NCBI GenBank assembly: GCA_016194285.1
Contig: JACQBZ010000035.1
Location: 64,385-128,384, forward strand
Length of the DNA stretch: 64,000 bases
Direction of reading: 5' to 3'
Origin: Nitrospirota bacterium
GTDB taxonomy: Bacteria > Nitrospirota > Nitrospiria > JACQBZ01
The translations under genes and the position numbers were made by a program. Each line of letters starts with the position of its first letter. Positions within the stretch are counted from its first letter, which is position 1. Below are positions 1 to 8,794 of this stretch, piece by piece. The notes under the pieces are model-generated. The model saw nothing but the letters and a program-made list of their open reading frames with translations. It had not been told where the DNA came from and made no database searches.

Positions 1-823
1 GACTGAAGGACTCGACGTTGAACGACGCCATCACGCTGCCGAAGATGACCGCCCGGCGGATCCCGGCCTCGCTGAGATCGCCGCTTTGGGTTAAATATCC
101 CATAAAGCCGCCGGCAAAGCTGTCCCCCGCTCCGGTCGGATCGAAGACCGCCTCGAGGGGATAGGCCGGGGCCGCAAACGCCGTCTTTTCGTTGAACATC
201 AGCACACCGTACTCGCCCCGCTTAATGATCAGCGTCTTCGGGCCGTTGGACAAAATCTTCTTCGCCGCCGTGACCAGATTGGCCTCGTCGGCCAGCTCCC
301 GGGCTTCTCCGTCGTTGATGATCACGATATCGACCTGTTTGAGCGTCCGCTCCAATTCATCCCGTTTTCCCTCGATCCAAAAATTCATGGTGTCGCAGGC
401 CACCAGGCGGGGTTTTTCGACCTGGCTCAGCACCTCCTGCTGCAAAACCGGATCGATATTCCCCAGGAAGATCATTTCGGACCCCCGATACGATGCCGGA
501 AGAATGGGCAGAAAGCGCTCCAGCACGTTCAATCGGGTCTCCAAAGTACGGGCCTCATTGAGCTGAAAGCCGTACTCCCCCCGCCAGCGGAAGGTCTGAC
601 CCTCAAGGATCTGCAGCCCGGCCAGATCAATCTCTTTCGTCTTAAGAAACCGGAGATGTTCCTCCGGAAAGTCCCGGCCCACCACCGCGACGAGTCGTAC
701 TCGGGTGAAATAACTGGCGGCCGTCGCAAAATACGTGGCCGAGCCGCCCAAGACATCCCGGGCTTCGCCGAACGGCGTCTTCACCGAATCAAGCGCGACC
801 GTTCCCACCACCAGCAAGCTCAT
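1..823 (-). CDS. PfkB-family carbohydrate/nucleoside kinase (C-terminus cut by window edge)
   Basis: Not in the ORF track because it is open at the window edge. My reverse-strand translation from ATG 823 reads MSLLVVGTVALDSVKTPFGEARDVLGGSATYF...IIKRGEYGVLMF...DPTGAGDSFAGGFMGYL (PfkB DPTGAGD motif). ATGA start/stop overlap with mtnP. Confidence 0.8.
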   Translation of the reverse strand, partial: MSLLVVGTVALDSVKTPFGEARDVLGGSATYFATAASYFTRVRLVAVVGRDFPEEHLRFLKTKEIDLAGLQILEGQTFRWRGEYGFQLNEARTLETRLNVLERFLPILPASYRGSEMIFLGNIDPVLQQEVLSQVEKPRLVACDTMNFWIEGKRDELERTLKQVDIVIINDGEARELADEANLVTAAKKILSNGPKTLIIKRGEYGVLMFNEKTAFAAPAYPLEAVFDPTGAGDSFAGGFMGYLTQSGDLSEAGIRRAVIFGSVMASFNVESFS

Positions 824-1716
824 TTTGAACCCGATTTTTTCATGGAGGGCTTTAAGTAATCTCCGAGAATCAGCTTCAGATTTTCCTGGGTCTTTTTCGG
901 AATCAATGAAGGCGGCGTCATCACGGCGTTCTTCAGCGCGGAGCCGCAGGGACAGCGTCGCACCTCGGGGATGTCGGGAATCGCCGCGCGGATGATCTGC
1001 TGAGACAGGACCACATTTTTCTTCAACGTCTCGATCACGGCCTCGACCGTAACGGATTCCATGCTTTCATGCCAGCAGTCGTAATCCGTCACCAACGCGA
1101 GCGTAGCATAACAGATTTCGGCCTCGCGCGCAAGCTTGGCCTCGGTCACATTGGTCATCCCGATCACGTCCACGCCCCATCGCCGGTAAATCTGGGACTC
1201 GCCGCGCGTCGAGAACTGCGGACCCTCGATGCAGAAGTAGACCCCGCCGTCATGCAGGACGGCCCCCCGGCTTCGTCCGACCCGGCCGAGGATGGACCGC
1301 ATCTCGGAGCAGACCGGATCGGCAAACGCGACATGGGCCACGACCCCGTCGCCGAAGAAGGTGCTGATCCGACGTTTGGTGTGATCGTAGAACTGGTCCG
1401 GAAGCACGATCTGGCCCGGCGCGATCGACTCTTTCATGCTTCCGACGGCGCTGACCGAGATGATCCGCTCGACGCCGAGTTTTTTCATCCCCCAGATGTT
1501 GGCCCGGAAATTGATCTCACTCGGAAGGATGCGATGGCCGCGGCCGTGTCTCGTCAGAAAAGCCACGCGGCGCCCCTCCAGCCGCCCGGTGACAAAGGCA
1601 TCCGAAGGCGGGCCGAAGGGCGTCTTGAGACACACCTCTTTTTTCTCGGTCAGGCCCTCCATCTCGTACAGGCCGCTTCCGCCGATGATTCCGATTTCCG
1701 TTTTTTGCATCGTCAT
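820..1716 (-). CDS. mtnP: S-methyl-5'-thioadenosine phosphorylase
   Basis: ORF 820..1839. The conserved block begins at MTMQKTEIGIIGGSGLY...FLTRHGRGH...DVIGMTNVTEAKLAREAEICYATLALVTDYD. Start trimmed to ATG 1716 because the upstream 41 aa are R/G-rich junk. Confidence 0.9.
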   Translation of the reverse strand: MTMQKTEIGIIGGSGLYEMEGLTEKKEVCLKTPFGPPSDAFVTGRLEGRRVAFLTRHGRGHRILPSEINFRANIWGMKKLGVERIISVSAVGSMKESIAPGQIVLPDQFYDHTKRRISTFFGDGVVAHVAFADPVCSEMRSILGRVGRSRGAVLHDGGVYFCIEGPQFSTRGESQIYRRWGVDVIGMTNVTEAKLAREAEICYATLALVTDYDCWHESMESVTVEAVIETLKKNVVLSQQIIRAAIPDIPEVRRCPCGSALKNAVMTPPSLIPKKTQENLKLILGDYLKPSMKKSGSK

Positions 1717-1736
1717 CTTTCTTTGAGCGTGATGAA

Positions 1737-2726
1737 TCACGCCCCTACAATCGCCTGCAATTTGATCTGTTCCTCGACGACGCATTCCGCCTTTTGGTAG
1801 GCTTCCTCGACCCCCTCCGATTCGGACAGGTCGATCCACCGGATGGACGGATCGCGATTAAACCAGGTGAACTGCCGCTTCGCGTACCGTTGGGTGTCGC
1901 GCTGGAGGCGGCGGATCGCTTCCCCCTGATCATATTCCCCGTTGAGATATCCCACGATCTGACGATAGCCCAGCCCTTTCATCGACGGCCGCTCGGCCGA
2001 ATATCCCTTCTCGATCAGCCCGCGGACCTCATCCACCAAACCCTTCGCCATCATGTCCTCCACGCGCGATTCGATCCTCCGGTAGAGATCCGGACGGGAT
2101 CGTCTCAAACCGATTTGGATCGTCTCATACGGTCGTTCGGAAAACCGATGTTCCCGATGAAAATCGGACAGCGGCCGGCCCGTCTTTTCGTACACCTCGA
2201 TGGCGCGCACTATTTTAGACCGGTCCTGTGGCCGGATCGCCCGGGCCGACTCCGGATCGATTTCCGCGAGCCGCCGGTGCAAATGGCCCGCGCCCCGGTG
2301 CCGCTCTTCCGCGATCAACCGTTCCCGCAGCGCCCAGTCCGCCTCCGGTCCCGGCCACAGCCCGTGCACGAGCAGTTTGATATACAGTCCGGTCCCGCCC
2401 ACGACGATCGGGATCCGGCCTTCGTGGTGCAGCCGCTCGATGGCGGCCGCGGCGAGGACCTTAAACCGCCCGGCGCTGAAGGGCGCGTCCGGATCGACGA
2501 CGTCGATTAGGTGATGGACAACACCGGATCGTTCATCCGGTCCGGGCTTGCCCGCCGCGGCGGGCTTGGCCGTTCCGATGTCCATGCCCCGATAGACCAT
2601 CCGGGAATCGGCGCTGACGACCTCGGAGTGAAGTTTGAGCGCCAGCCGGATCGCCACGGCGCTCTTCCCGACGGCCGTGGGGCCGACCAGCACGATCAGG
2701 GGCTTTTTTTCGTTTAATACGTTCAT
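1737..2726 (-). CDS. miaA: tRNA dimethylallyltransferase
   Basis: LIVLVGPTAVGKSAVAIRLA (P-loop), VSADSRMVYRGMDIGTAKP, YAKRQFTWF; typical MiaA length of 329 aa. Confidence 0.93.
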   Translation of the reverse strand: MNVLNEKKPLIVLVGPTAVGKSAVAIRLALKLHSEVVSADSRMVYRGMDIGTAKPAAAGKPGPDERSGVVHHLIDVVDPDAPFSAGRFKVLAAAAIERLHHEGRIPIVVGGTGLYIKLLVHGLWPGPEADWALRERLIAEERHRGAGHLHRRLAEIDPESARAIRPQDRSKIVRAIEVYEKTGRPLSDFHREHRFSERPYETIQIGLRRSRPDLYRRIESRVEDMMAKGLVDEVRGLIEKGYSAERPSMKGLGYRQIVGYLNGEYDQGEAIRRLQRDTQRYAKRQFTWFNRDPSIRWIDLSESEGVEEAYQKAECVVEEQIKLQAIVGA

Positions 2727-2741
2727 AACGAACCAATGGAT

Positions 2742-2867
2742 ACAGGCCGCTCAAAAAGCTCCAGATGCAAGGCCGCAGGAACCGAGGAGACCGCAGCGTA
2801 CTAAGAAGGTACGTGAGGATCTCTGAGGGGCCGAGAACGAAGCAGATGGACTTTTTCAGCGGCCTGT
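2742..2867. repeat. 126-bp element bounded by 17-bp terminal inverted repeats (MITE/REP-like or intercistronic structure)
   Basis: ACAGGCCGCTCAAAAAG (2742-2758) versus CTTTTTCAGCGGCCTGT (2851-2867), 16/17 complementary. Inner hairpin CGTAC-taagaag-GTACG. Fills the mutL-miaA gap. Confidence 0.55.
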
Positions 2868-4648
2868 CAACGCCGTTGAAATAATTTTTCCAAATCCGTC
2901 AATCTAAACCGGACGCGGATCGGGCGGCCGTGGGGACAGGTCGGCGGAACCTCCTGCCGGTAGAGATCCTCCAACAAACGCGCCATCTGTTCCGGCTGCA
3001 ACGGTTGATGGGCCTTGATCGCCGCATGGCAGGCCATCGACGCAATGACCGTTTGAACCGTTTCTTCCGCGGCCGGCGTCGCACCGGCGCTCACATCATC
3101 GAGGATATCCCTCATCAGCGTACGGCCGTCGACCATTCCCAGGAGGGCCGGCACGGCGCGAATCCGGAAACTCCGCTCGCCGAACTCCTCCACCTCCAGC
3201 CCGATCCGGTCGAACAGCGGCAGGATTTCGCGAACCCGCACGGCCTCGGCCGCCGGAAACTCCACGACCTCGGGGATCAGGAGCGGCTGTACCGCCACGC
3301 GGGCGTCCCGCTGCTGGGACAACAGACGTTCGTACAAAAGACGTTCGTGCGCCGCATGCTGGTCGATCAGATGCAGCTCCGGGGCCGAATCCCCTCCGAA
3401 GACCGCCACAATGTAGGTCTGATCCACCTGACCGAACGGCTGGACGCGGACGGGAAGCAACGCCGTTCCGGAAGGCTCCGCCGTGGAATCCAACGGCCGA
3501 TAGACCTCCATGGCCTCGCGAACCTCCCCCGTCGGCCGTCCGGAAAACGGCCGGGCGGCCGTCGGCGTTCCGGCATCCGGCGCCGGGTAGGCGACGGTTT
3601 GCGGCGGCGCGTCCACTCCGGAGCGAATCTCGTACATCCCGGACTCACCCGCAGGCAGGCCCTCCCGCCGGAGCCGGTCCCGCAGCGCGGTCTTGACGAA
3701 CTGATGCACCGCTTGGTTGTCCCGAAACCGGACCTCGCGCTTGGCCGGATGGACGTTGACGTCCACGGTTGAAGGATCGACCTCGATGAACAGGCAGGAG
3801 ACCGGATGCCGCCCCTTTGCCAGCAGCGTCCCGTAGGCCTCGCTCACGGCGTGTGACAACGAGGCGTTCCGAACCGCGCGGCGGTTCAAGAAAAACTCCT
3901 GCTGCTCCCGCGTGGCCCGAAAATTCCCCGGCCGGGAAACCAAACCCTTGAGCTTGAACCGATCCGACTCGGCCGACACCTCCAAAAAATCACGAGGGTC
4001 CTCCGGCCCCATCACCTGCATCGCCCGCTCCATTTCATCCCGGACGATGGGAAGATCGAGAAGGACTTGGCCGTTGTGGGTCAACCGGAAATGGATCCAG
4101 AAATGGGGAAGCGCCTGCTGTTGAACGGCATGGACGATGTGGGCCAACTCGGTCGGGTTGGATTTTAAAAACTTTTTCCGCGCCGGGGTGTTATAAAAAA
4201 GTTCCTCCACCTCCACCAGCGTCCCGGCGGGGGTGGCCGCCTCATGGGTATGAACCCAGGCGCCCCCCTGCACTCGAACCTCGGTTCCGATCGATGCCCC
4301 CGTCGGGGCCGTGACCATTCTCACCCGAGCAACGGCTCCGATGCTGGGGAGCGCCTCCCCGCGAAAACCCATCGTCCGTATCGCCGCCAGATCCGATTCG
4401 GTCCGGAGTTTGCTGGTGGCGTGCCGCTCAAAAGCCTGCCGGGCGTCCTCCGGTCCCATCCCCTCGCCGTCATCCGAAACGCGGATCAGCCTTCGCCCGG
4501 CGTCTTCCGCCTCGACGAAGACCCGCGTCGCCCCGGCGTCGATCGCGTTCTCGACCAGTTCCTTGACGACCGAGGCCGGACGCTCCACGATCTCGCCCGC
4601 GGCGATTTTGTTGGATAAATTTTCGGGAAGAATATGAATTTTCGGCAT
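2867..4648 (-). CDS. mutL: DNA mismatch repair protein MutL
   Basis: IHILPENLSNKIAAGEIVERPASVVKELVENAIDAGAT (GHKL ATPase N-terminus) and C-terminal dimerisation domain. Start placed at ATG 4648 because the ORF-track start at 4666 lies inside a palindromic repeat. Confidence 0.93.
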   Translation of the reverse strand: MPKIHILPENLSNKIAAGEIVERPASVVKELVENAIDAGATRVFVEAEDAGRRLIRVSDDGEGMGPEDARQAFERHATSKLRTESDLAAIRTMGFRGEALPSIGAVARVRMVTAPTGASIGTEVRVQGGAWVHTHEAATPAGTLVEVEELFYNTPARKKFLKSNPTELAHIVHAVQQQALPHFWIHFRLTHNGQVLLDLPIVRDEMERAMQVMGPEDPRDFLEVSAESDRFKLKGLVSRPGNFRATREQQEFFLNRRAVRNASLSHAVSEAYGTLLAKGRHPVSCLFIEVDPSTVDVNVHPAKREVRFRDNQAVHQFVKTALRDRLRREGLPAGESGMYEIRSGVDAPPQTVAYPAPDAGTPTAARPFSGRPTGEVREAMEVYRPLDSTAEPSGTALLPVRVQPFGQVDQTYIVAVFGGDSAPELHLIDQHAAHERLLYERLLSQQRDARVAVQPLLIPEVVEFPAAEAVRVREILPLFDRIGLEVEEFGERSFRIRAVPALLGMVDGRTLMRDILDDVSAGATPAAEETVQTVIASMACHAAIKAHQPLQPEQMARLLEDLYRQEVPPTCPHGRPIRVRFRLTDLEKLFQRR

Positions 4649-4656
4649 GATGACGG

Positions 4657-4704
4657 GTAGGGGCACGGCCTGCCTGCCGGCAGGCGGGCGCGCCGTGCCC
4701 CTAC
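4657..4704. repeat. REP-like palindrome, GTAGGGGC family
   Basis: GTAGGGGCACGGCctgcctgccggcaggcgggcgcGCCGTGCCCCTAC; perfect 13-bp outer arms with a nested CCTGCCGGCAGG core. Confidence 0.8.
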
Positions 4705-4713
4705 GTCCCGGTT

Positions 4714-5631
4714 TTATTTCAATTCGGCCAGCTTGTTCTTCGCCAGTTTTCCTTCGTTGGAAAGCGGGTAATTCTCGACCACTTTTTTGAGATAGGTTCT
4801 CGCCCGGGTCTTATCGCCGATTTCGATGCAGGCATAGCCCGCTTTCAGGAGCGCCCCGGGAACCTTATCACTCTTGGGATAATCGCTGACCACCTTATCA
4901 AACGCCTCGATCGACTTCAGATACTCTTTCTTACCGTAGTACGATTCGCCGATCCAGTACTGGGCATTCGGGGCCAAGCTGGTCGCCTTGAACTGGGTCA
5001 GAAAGCTTTGGAACCCCAGCAGCGAGAGATCGTAGTTGCCTTTGAGGTAGTCGTTGTAGGCCAGTCCGTAGGCCTCCGAAGGGGACATCCCGGTCGCCTT
5101 GTCTTTTTCGGTCGGCCGTCCGGGAAGGACAATCGTCTGATCGGGCGAGGCCGCGCCCTGAGGCGACCTCGCTTCGGGAGTCCCGGACGACTTCAGGTCC
5201 GGCGTCCCGGGACCTCCCTTTCCGATCGTCGGGGCGGTTTTCTCCAGATCGGCCACCGACTTTTCCAGCGCCGCGATCTGGCCGTCGAGCACATCCAACC
5301 GACCGGTCAGCTCCTTCGAACGGAAGGTCAGGTCGTCGATCCGCTGCGAAAAATCGGCCAGGAGATGGCTGTTCTCCTCCAGCTTCCCCTGAGCCGCCTG
5401 GAGGTCCGTCGCGACCTGATCCAGTTTGATGACGATATCGGCCTGACTGCGCTGGACCGTTGTGGAACGCTCCTTGAAATAGCTTTCAACCACCTTGAGT
5501 CGGTTTTGAATCTCGTCCCGCTCCGCCCGGTTTTTTTCCACTTCGGTTTGCAGATCCATCACATCCGCTTGGGTCGCACATCCGGAAAAAACAAGCGGCA
5601 GGAACAAAAGGGCCCAAAACAATCGCTGCAT
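4714..5631 (-). CDS. cpoB: Tol-Pal system protein CpoB/YbgF (coiled coil + TPR lipoprotein)
   Basis: Lipobox LVFSGC, N-terminal coiled coil, C-terminal AYNDYLKGNYDLSLLGFQSFL...APNAQYWIGESYY...YPKSDKVPGALLKAG. Position next to pal. Confidence 0.88.
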   Translation of the reverse strand: MQRLFWALLFLPLVFSGCATQADVMDLQTEVEKNRAERDEIQNRLKVVESYFKERSTTVQRSQADIVIKLDQVATDLQAAQGKLEENSHLLADFSQRIDDLTFRSKELTGRLDVLDGQIAALEKSVADLEKTAPTIGKGGPGTPDLKSSGTPEARSPQGAASPDQTIVLPGRPTEKDKATGMSPSEAYGLAYNDYLKGNYDLSLLGFQSFLTQFKATSLAPNAQYWIGESYYGKKEYLKSIEAFDKVVSDYPKSDKVPGALLKAGYACIEIGDKTRARTYLKKVVENYPLSNEGKLAKNKLAELK

Positions 5632-5640
5632 TTATTCTCC

Positions 5641-6189
5641 CTATTGAACTGCCAAATGGGCTCGGCGGTTTTTTGCGTAGCAGGTTTCGTTATGCTCCGT
5701 GCAGACCGGACGCTCTTCGCCGTAGCTGATGGTGGACAACCGCCCCTTTTCGATCCCGAGCGTGACGAGGAACTGCATCACGGCCTTCGCACGGCGCTCG
5801 CCCAAGGCCAGGTTGTACTCGTTGGTCCCCCGTTCGTCGCAATGCCCTTCGATCTTCACCTTGACCTTCGGGTTGTCTTTCAGCCAGCGCGCATCGTTCT
5901 CCAGCGTCGCGCGCGCGTCATCGCGGATGTTGTACTTGTCGAAATCGAAGTAGGCATCGGTCAGGCCCTGCGAAGGCACCACGGCCTCTTTGACAATCGG
6001 CGTCTCCTCGACTTTCGGTGCGGGCGGCGGGGGTTCGGGCTTGGGCGCCTCCGGCGGCGGCGTCGCCTTCTCTTCCTGGACGGGGGCCGAGGCTTTGGTC
6101 GTCTCGACCTTCTTCGGGCAGCCGGACAGCAATAAAACGGTTCCGATTCCTAGAATGAGTGCGAGATAGACGGAATGACGATTTTGCAT
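5641..6189 (-). CDS. pal: Peptidoglycan-associated lipoprotein Pal (OmpA-C domain)
   Basis: Lipobox LLSGC. YFDFDKYNIRDDA...IEGHCDERGTNEYNLALGERRAKAV...ISYGEERP. Start trimmed to MQNRHSV (6189). Confidence 0.9.
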   Translation of the reverse strand: MQNRHSVYLALILGIGTVLLLSGCPKKVETTKASAPVQEEKATPPPEAPKPEPPPPAPKVEETPIVKEAVVPSQGLTDAYFDFDKYNIRDDARATLENDARWLKDNPKVKVKIEGHCDERGTNEYNLALGERRAKAVMQFLVTLGIEKGRLSTISYGEERPVCTEHNETCYAKNRRAHLAVQ

Positions 6190-6235
6190 AATTCCACTCC
6201 TTTCGTTGTTGGGTGTGCCCATGGGTATCTACGAT

Positions 6236-7546
6236 TTAAGGCGACCAGGATGGACCGTTATTTTTGCCCCCGCTGAACGTCAGGCGCTCCATCTCCATGC
6301 CGTCCGCGTTCATCATGAAAAGATCCCCTTCGCTCATGCGGGTCGAACTGAAGATCAGGTGCTTCCCGTCGGGAGACCAGGTCGGCGACTCGTCCTCACC
6401 GGGACCGTCGGTCAACTGGGCCGTCTTCGCGCCGTCCGGCGAGATCGCGCAGATCCGCAACCGCCCGTCGATGCGGCAGGCGTAGGCGATGGCCGTTCCC
6501 TTCGGCGACCAGACCGGCGAGGTGTTGTAATCGCCGTTGAACGTCAGCCGTCGAACATTGGTCCCGTCCGCGTTCATCACATAAATCTGCGGCCCGCCGC
6601 CTCGATTGGACGTAAACGCCATCTCGGTGCCGGTGGGAGACCAGGCAGGGGAAAGGTTGTCGCTTTGATCCATCGTCAGTCTCCGCAACCCCTTGCCTTC
6701 TTTGTCCACCCAGTAGATTTGCGCCGGCCCGTCCATCGTGCCGGCAAACGCCAACCCTTGTCCCGAGGGCGACCACACCGGCGAAATATTCAATCCGGCA
6801 TACCCGATCATCTTCCAGAGCCGACCGCTCATCAAGTCCAGCGTATAGATGGCCGGCGACCCGCCGCGATAGGACGTGTACGTGATCCAGTTCCCGTCGG
6901 GCGACCACCTCGGCGAAAGGTTCAGGCTCCGATCGTTGGTGATTTTTCGTACATTATACCCGTCATAGTCCATCAAATACAACTCCTTGCTTCCGGTGAG
7001 AACGGAAGAAAAGACCACGCGGGTCCCGGCGATGCCCCGCTCGCCGGTATACTGAAAAACAATTTCATCCGAAAAGCGGTGGATCATGGATCGGAGATAC
7101 TGCGTCTGACTCAGATACCGCTTGCCCATCACCATCAGACCGCTCTTGCCGTCATACACCCGGCCTTCCATCACCAGGTCCTCGCCCTTTTGCGACAGCG
7201 AAATCCAGACGGCGGCCTGGATGTCCTGCTTACCGGCTTTTTGAATCACGTCGGCCGTGGGTTCCGCTCCGTTGGCCAATTCCGGAAACAGGGGCGGATG
7301 GATCAGGCGGAAGACCTGCGAGCGGCGGAGATCGCTTTCGAGGACCGACCGTATCTCGCTCGAATGCTGGACCAGGTTCGACGGCGCGACCACCTGGAGA
7401 ATGCCCAGCGGAATTTTTTCGGCCTCCGACCGGGTCGCGCTCAAGAAGACCTCCGCGCCCATGGCCGGGCGGACCCCGGTCCACAGAAGAGCGAACAGAA
7501 GCAGCCAAACGAGTCGTCGAATTCGGAAAATATTCCCGTGGATCAT
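6236..7546 (-). CDS. tolB: Tol-Pal system beta-propeller protein TolB
   Basis: Repeated SPxWSPDG blades (SPRWSPDGNWI, SPVWSPSGQGL, SPAWSPTGTEM, SPVWSPKGTAI, SPTWSPDGKHL). Sits in the cluster context. Confidence 0.92.
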   Translation of the reverse strand: MIHGNIFRIRRLVWLLLFALLWTGVRPAMGAEVFLSATRSEAEKIPLGILQVVAPSNLVQHSSEIRSVLESDLRRSQVFRLIHPPLFPELANGAEPTADVIQKAGKQDIQAAVWISLSQKGEDLVMEGRVYDGKSGLMVMGKRYLSQTQYLRSMIHRFSDEIVFQYTGERGIAGTRVVFSSVLTGSKELYLMDYDGYNVRKITNDRSLNLSPRWSPDGNWITYTSYRGGSPAIYTLDLMSGRLWKMIGYAGLNISPVWSPSGQGLAFAGTMDGPAQIYWVDKEGKGLRRLTMDQSDNLSPAWSPTGTEMAFTSNRGGGPQIYVMNADGTNVRRLTFNGDYNTSPVWSPKGTAIAYACRIDGRLRICAISPDGAKTAQLTDGPGEDESPTWSPDGKHLIFSSTRMSEGDLFMMNADGMEMERLTFSGGKNNGPSWSP

Positions 7547-7552
7547 ATGCGA

Positions 7553-8332
7553 TCAGCTCTTCTTCATCAGCGCAAAACTGAAATGGATCGTCAGAGAGGC
7601 GTCATGAAACCCCTGAGGAAAGGGCGGCAAGGGGTTGGCCAGATAAACCGCCCGAAGGGCGGCTTGATCAAAGAAAGCGTTTCCGGAGCTCTTTTCGATC
7701 TTGGGATCCCCAATCTTCCCGTTCGAGAACAAGACAAAACCCACAACGGCCTCCTTGGCTTCGGCCGTCGATTCGAGCGGCGGCGGCGACCAATTCATTT
7801 CAATTTTTCGTTGAATCATATCCGTATAATAAGGGAACTTGAAATCCGGAACCTCGATCCCCGTCTGGAGCTTCGGCGCCGGCGCAATCGCCGAAACGTT
7901 TTCGGAAGACTTGGCGTTCGGCGGAGCCGCCGGTGACGCCTCCGACGCGGTCTCTTTCTGCGGAGCCGCTTCTTGCGATTTCTGCGGCGGTTTCGCCGGA
8001 GGCGGAACCGTCGCCGCCGGCTTGATCGCTTTCGGCGGCGGTTGGATCGGCGGTTTTTTGACCTCCACCTTGGGCCGGGCGGCCGGCGGTTTTTGTACCG
8101 GCGGCGGAGGCGCGGCCGGGATCTCTTTGACCGGCGCCGGCGGGGCGGCGGACGGCTGGGGAAGCGTTACCAGATCCACATGATAAACATGCGGACCGAA
8201 TGGATGCGTCGACCGGTTGAGGGCGAGCGCCAGAAGAATCACCAACAGGCCCGCGTGGAACAGCCCCGACAGGATCAACATCTTTTTGAAACCAATGTCC
8301 ATCTCCTTTTCCATATCCGGCCTTGCCTTCAC
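7553..8332 (-). CDS. tolA: TonB-family energy transducer occupying the TolA position
   Basis: N-terminal TM helix, Pro/Ala/Lys-rich linker, TonB-C-like end (GFVLFSNGKIGDPKIEKSSGNAFFDQAALRAV). Lies between tolR and tolB. Confidence 0.75.
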   Translation of the reverse strand: MKARPDMEKEMDIGFKKMLILSGLFHAGLLVILLALALNRSTHPFGPHVYHVDLVTLPQPSAAPPAPVKEIPAAPPPPVQKPPAARPKVEVKKPPIQPPPKAIKPAATVPPPAKPPQKSQEAAPQKETASEASPAAPPNAKSSENVSAIAPAPKLQTGIEVPDFKFPYYTDMIQRKIEMNWSPPPLESTAEAKEAVVGFVLFSNGKIGDPKIEKSSGNAFFDQAALRAVYLANPLPPFPQGFHDASLTIHFSFALMKKS

Positions 8333-8368
8333 TGCGCCATTTCACTCCGGAGGTCATCGGGGAAAGGC

Positions 8369-8794
8369 CTACCTTCGTTCGTCGCGACGGGATTCCGCGG
8401 CGGGCTCGGTGACCATTCCCAGCCGTTCGATTCCCGCGCGCTTGACCGTGTCCATGACCTGAACCACCACCCCGTACGGCACCTGGCGATCCGCGCGCAG
8501 GTAAAGGGAAACCTGAGGCGACCGGACCTTCAGCGTCTCCAGCGCGGCCAGCAGCCGATCCAGGGAGACCGTCTCCTTATCCAGAAAGATCTCCCGCTGC
8601 TTGGTCACGGTCAAGACGACCCGCTCTTCCGGCGCGATGGTGTTCGTGGCCGTCCGGGGCAGATCGATGTCCAGCCCGCGATACAGGAGCGGCGCCGTGA
8701 CCATAAAGATCACCAGCAGCACCAGGACCACGTCCACCAGCGGAACGACGTTGATCTCGGACATGAACCGGCGGCCCTGCGTCCCGTTGATCAT
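8369..8794 (-). CDS. tolR: Biopolymer transport protein TolR/ExbD
   Basis: SEINVVPLVDVVLVLLVIFMVTAP (ExbD/TolR signature); 4-bp overlap with tolQ. Confidence 0.88.
   Translation of the reverse strand: MINGTQGRRFMSEINVVPLVDVVLVLLVIFMVTAPLLYRGLDIDLPRTATNTIAPEERVVLTVTKQREIFLDKETVSLDRLLAALETLKVRSPQVSLYLRADRQVPYGVVVQVMDTVKRAGIERLGMVTEPAAESRRDERR

Noticed and set aside
4649-4666. mutL start at 4666 (MPLPVI-MPKIH...).
   Set aside because: The first six codons fall inside the REP palindrome. MutL homology begins at MPKIHILPE, and ATG 4648 lies outside the repeat.
6206-7936. Very long alternative-strand ORFs in the GC-rich parts. Examples: 6206..7936 (+, 576 aa), 55416..57485 (+, 689 aa), 58104..60083 (+, 659 aa), 12560..13906 (-, 448 aa), 14179..15267 (-, 362 aa), 10003..11256 (-, 417 aa), 5008..6135 (+) and 7973..8947 (+).
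   Set aside because: Each lies antisense to or overlaps a gene with clear family motifs (tolB, ligase, BY-kinase, lnt, prfB and others). Their translations are low-complexity Arg/Gly/Pro/Asp-rich strings. These are typical shadow ORFs of high-GC DNA where stop codons are rare.
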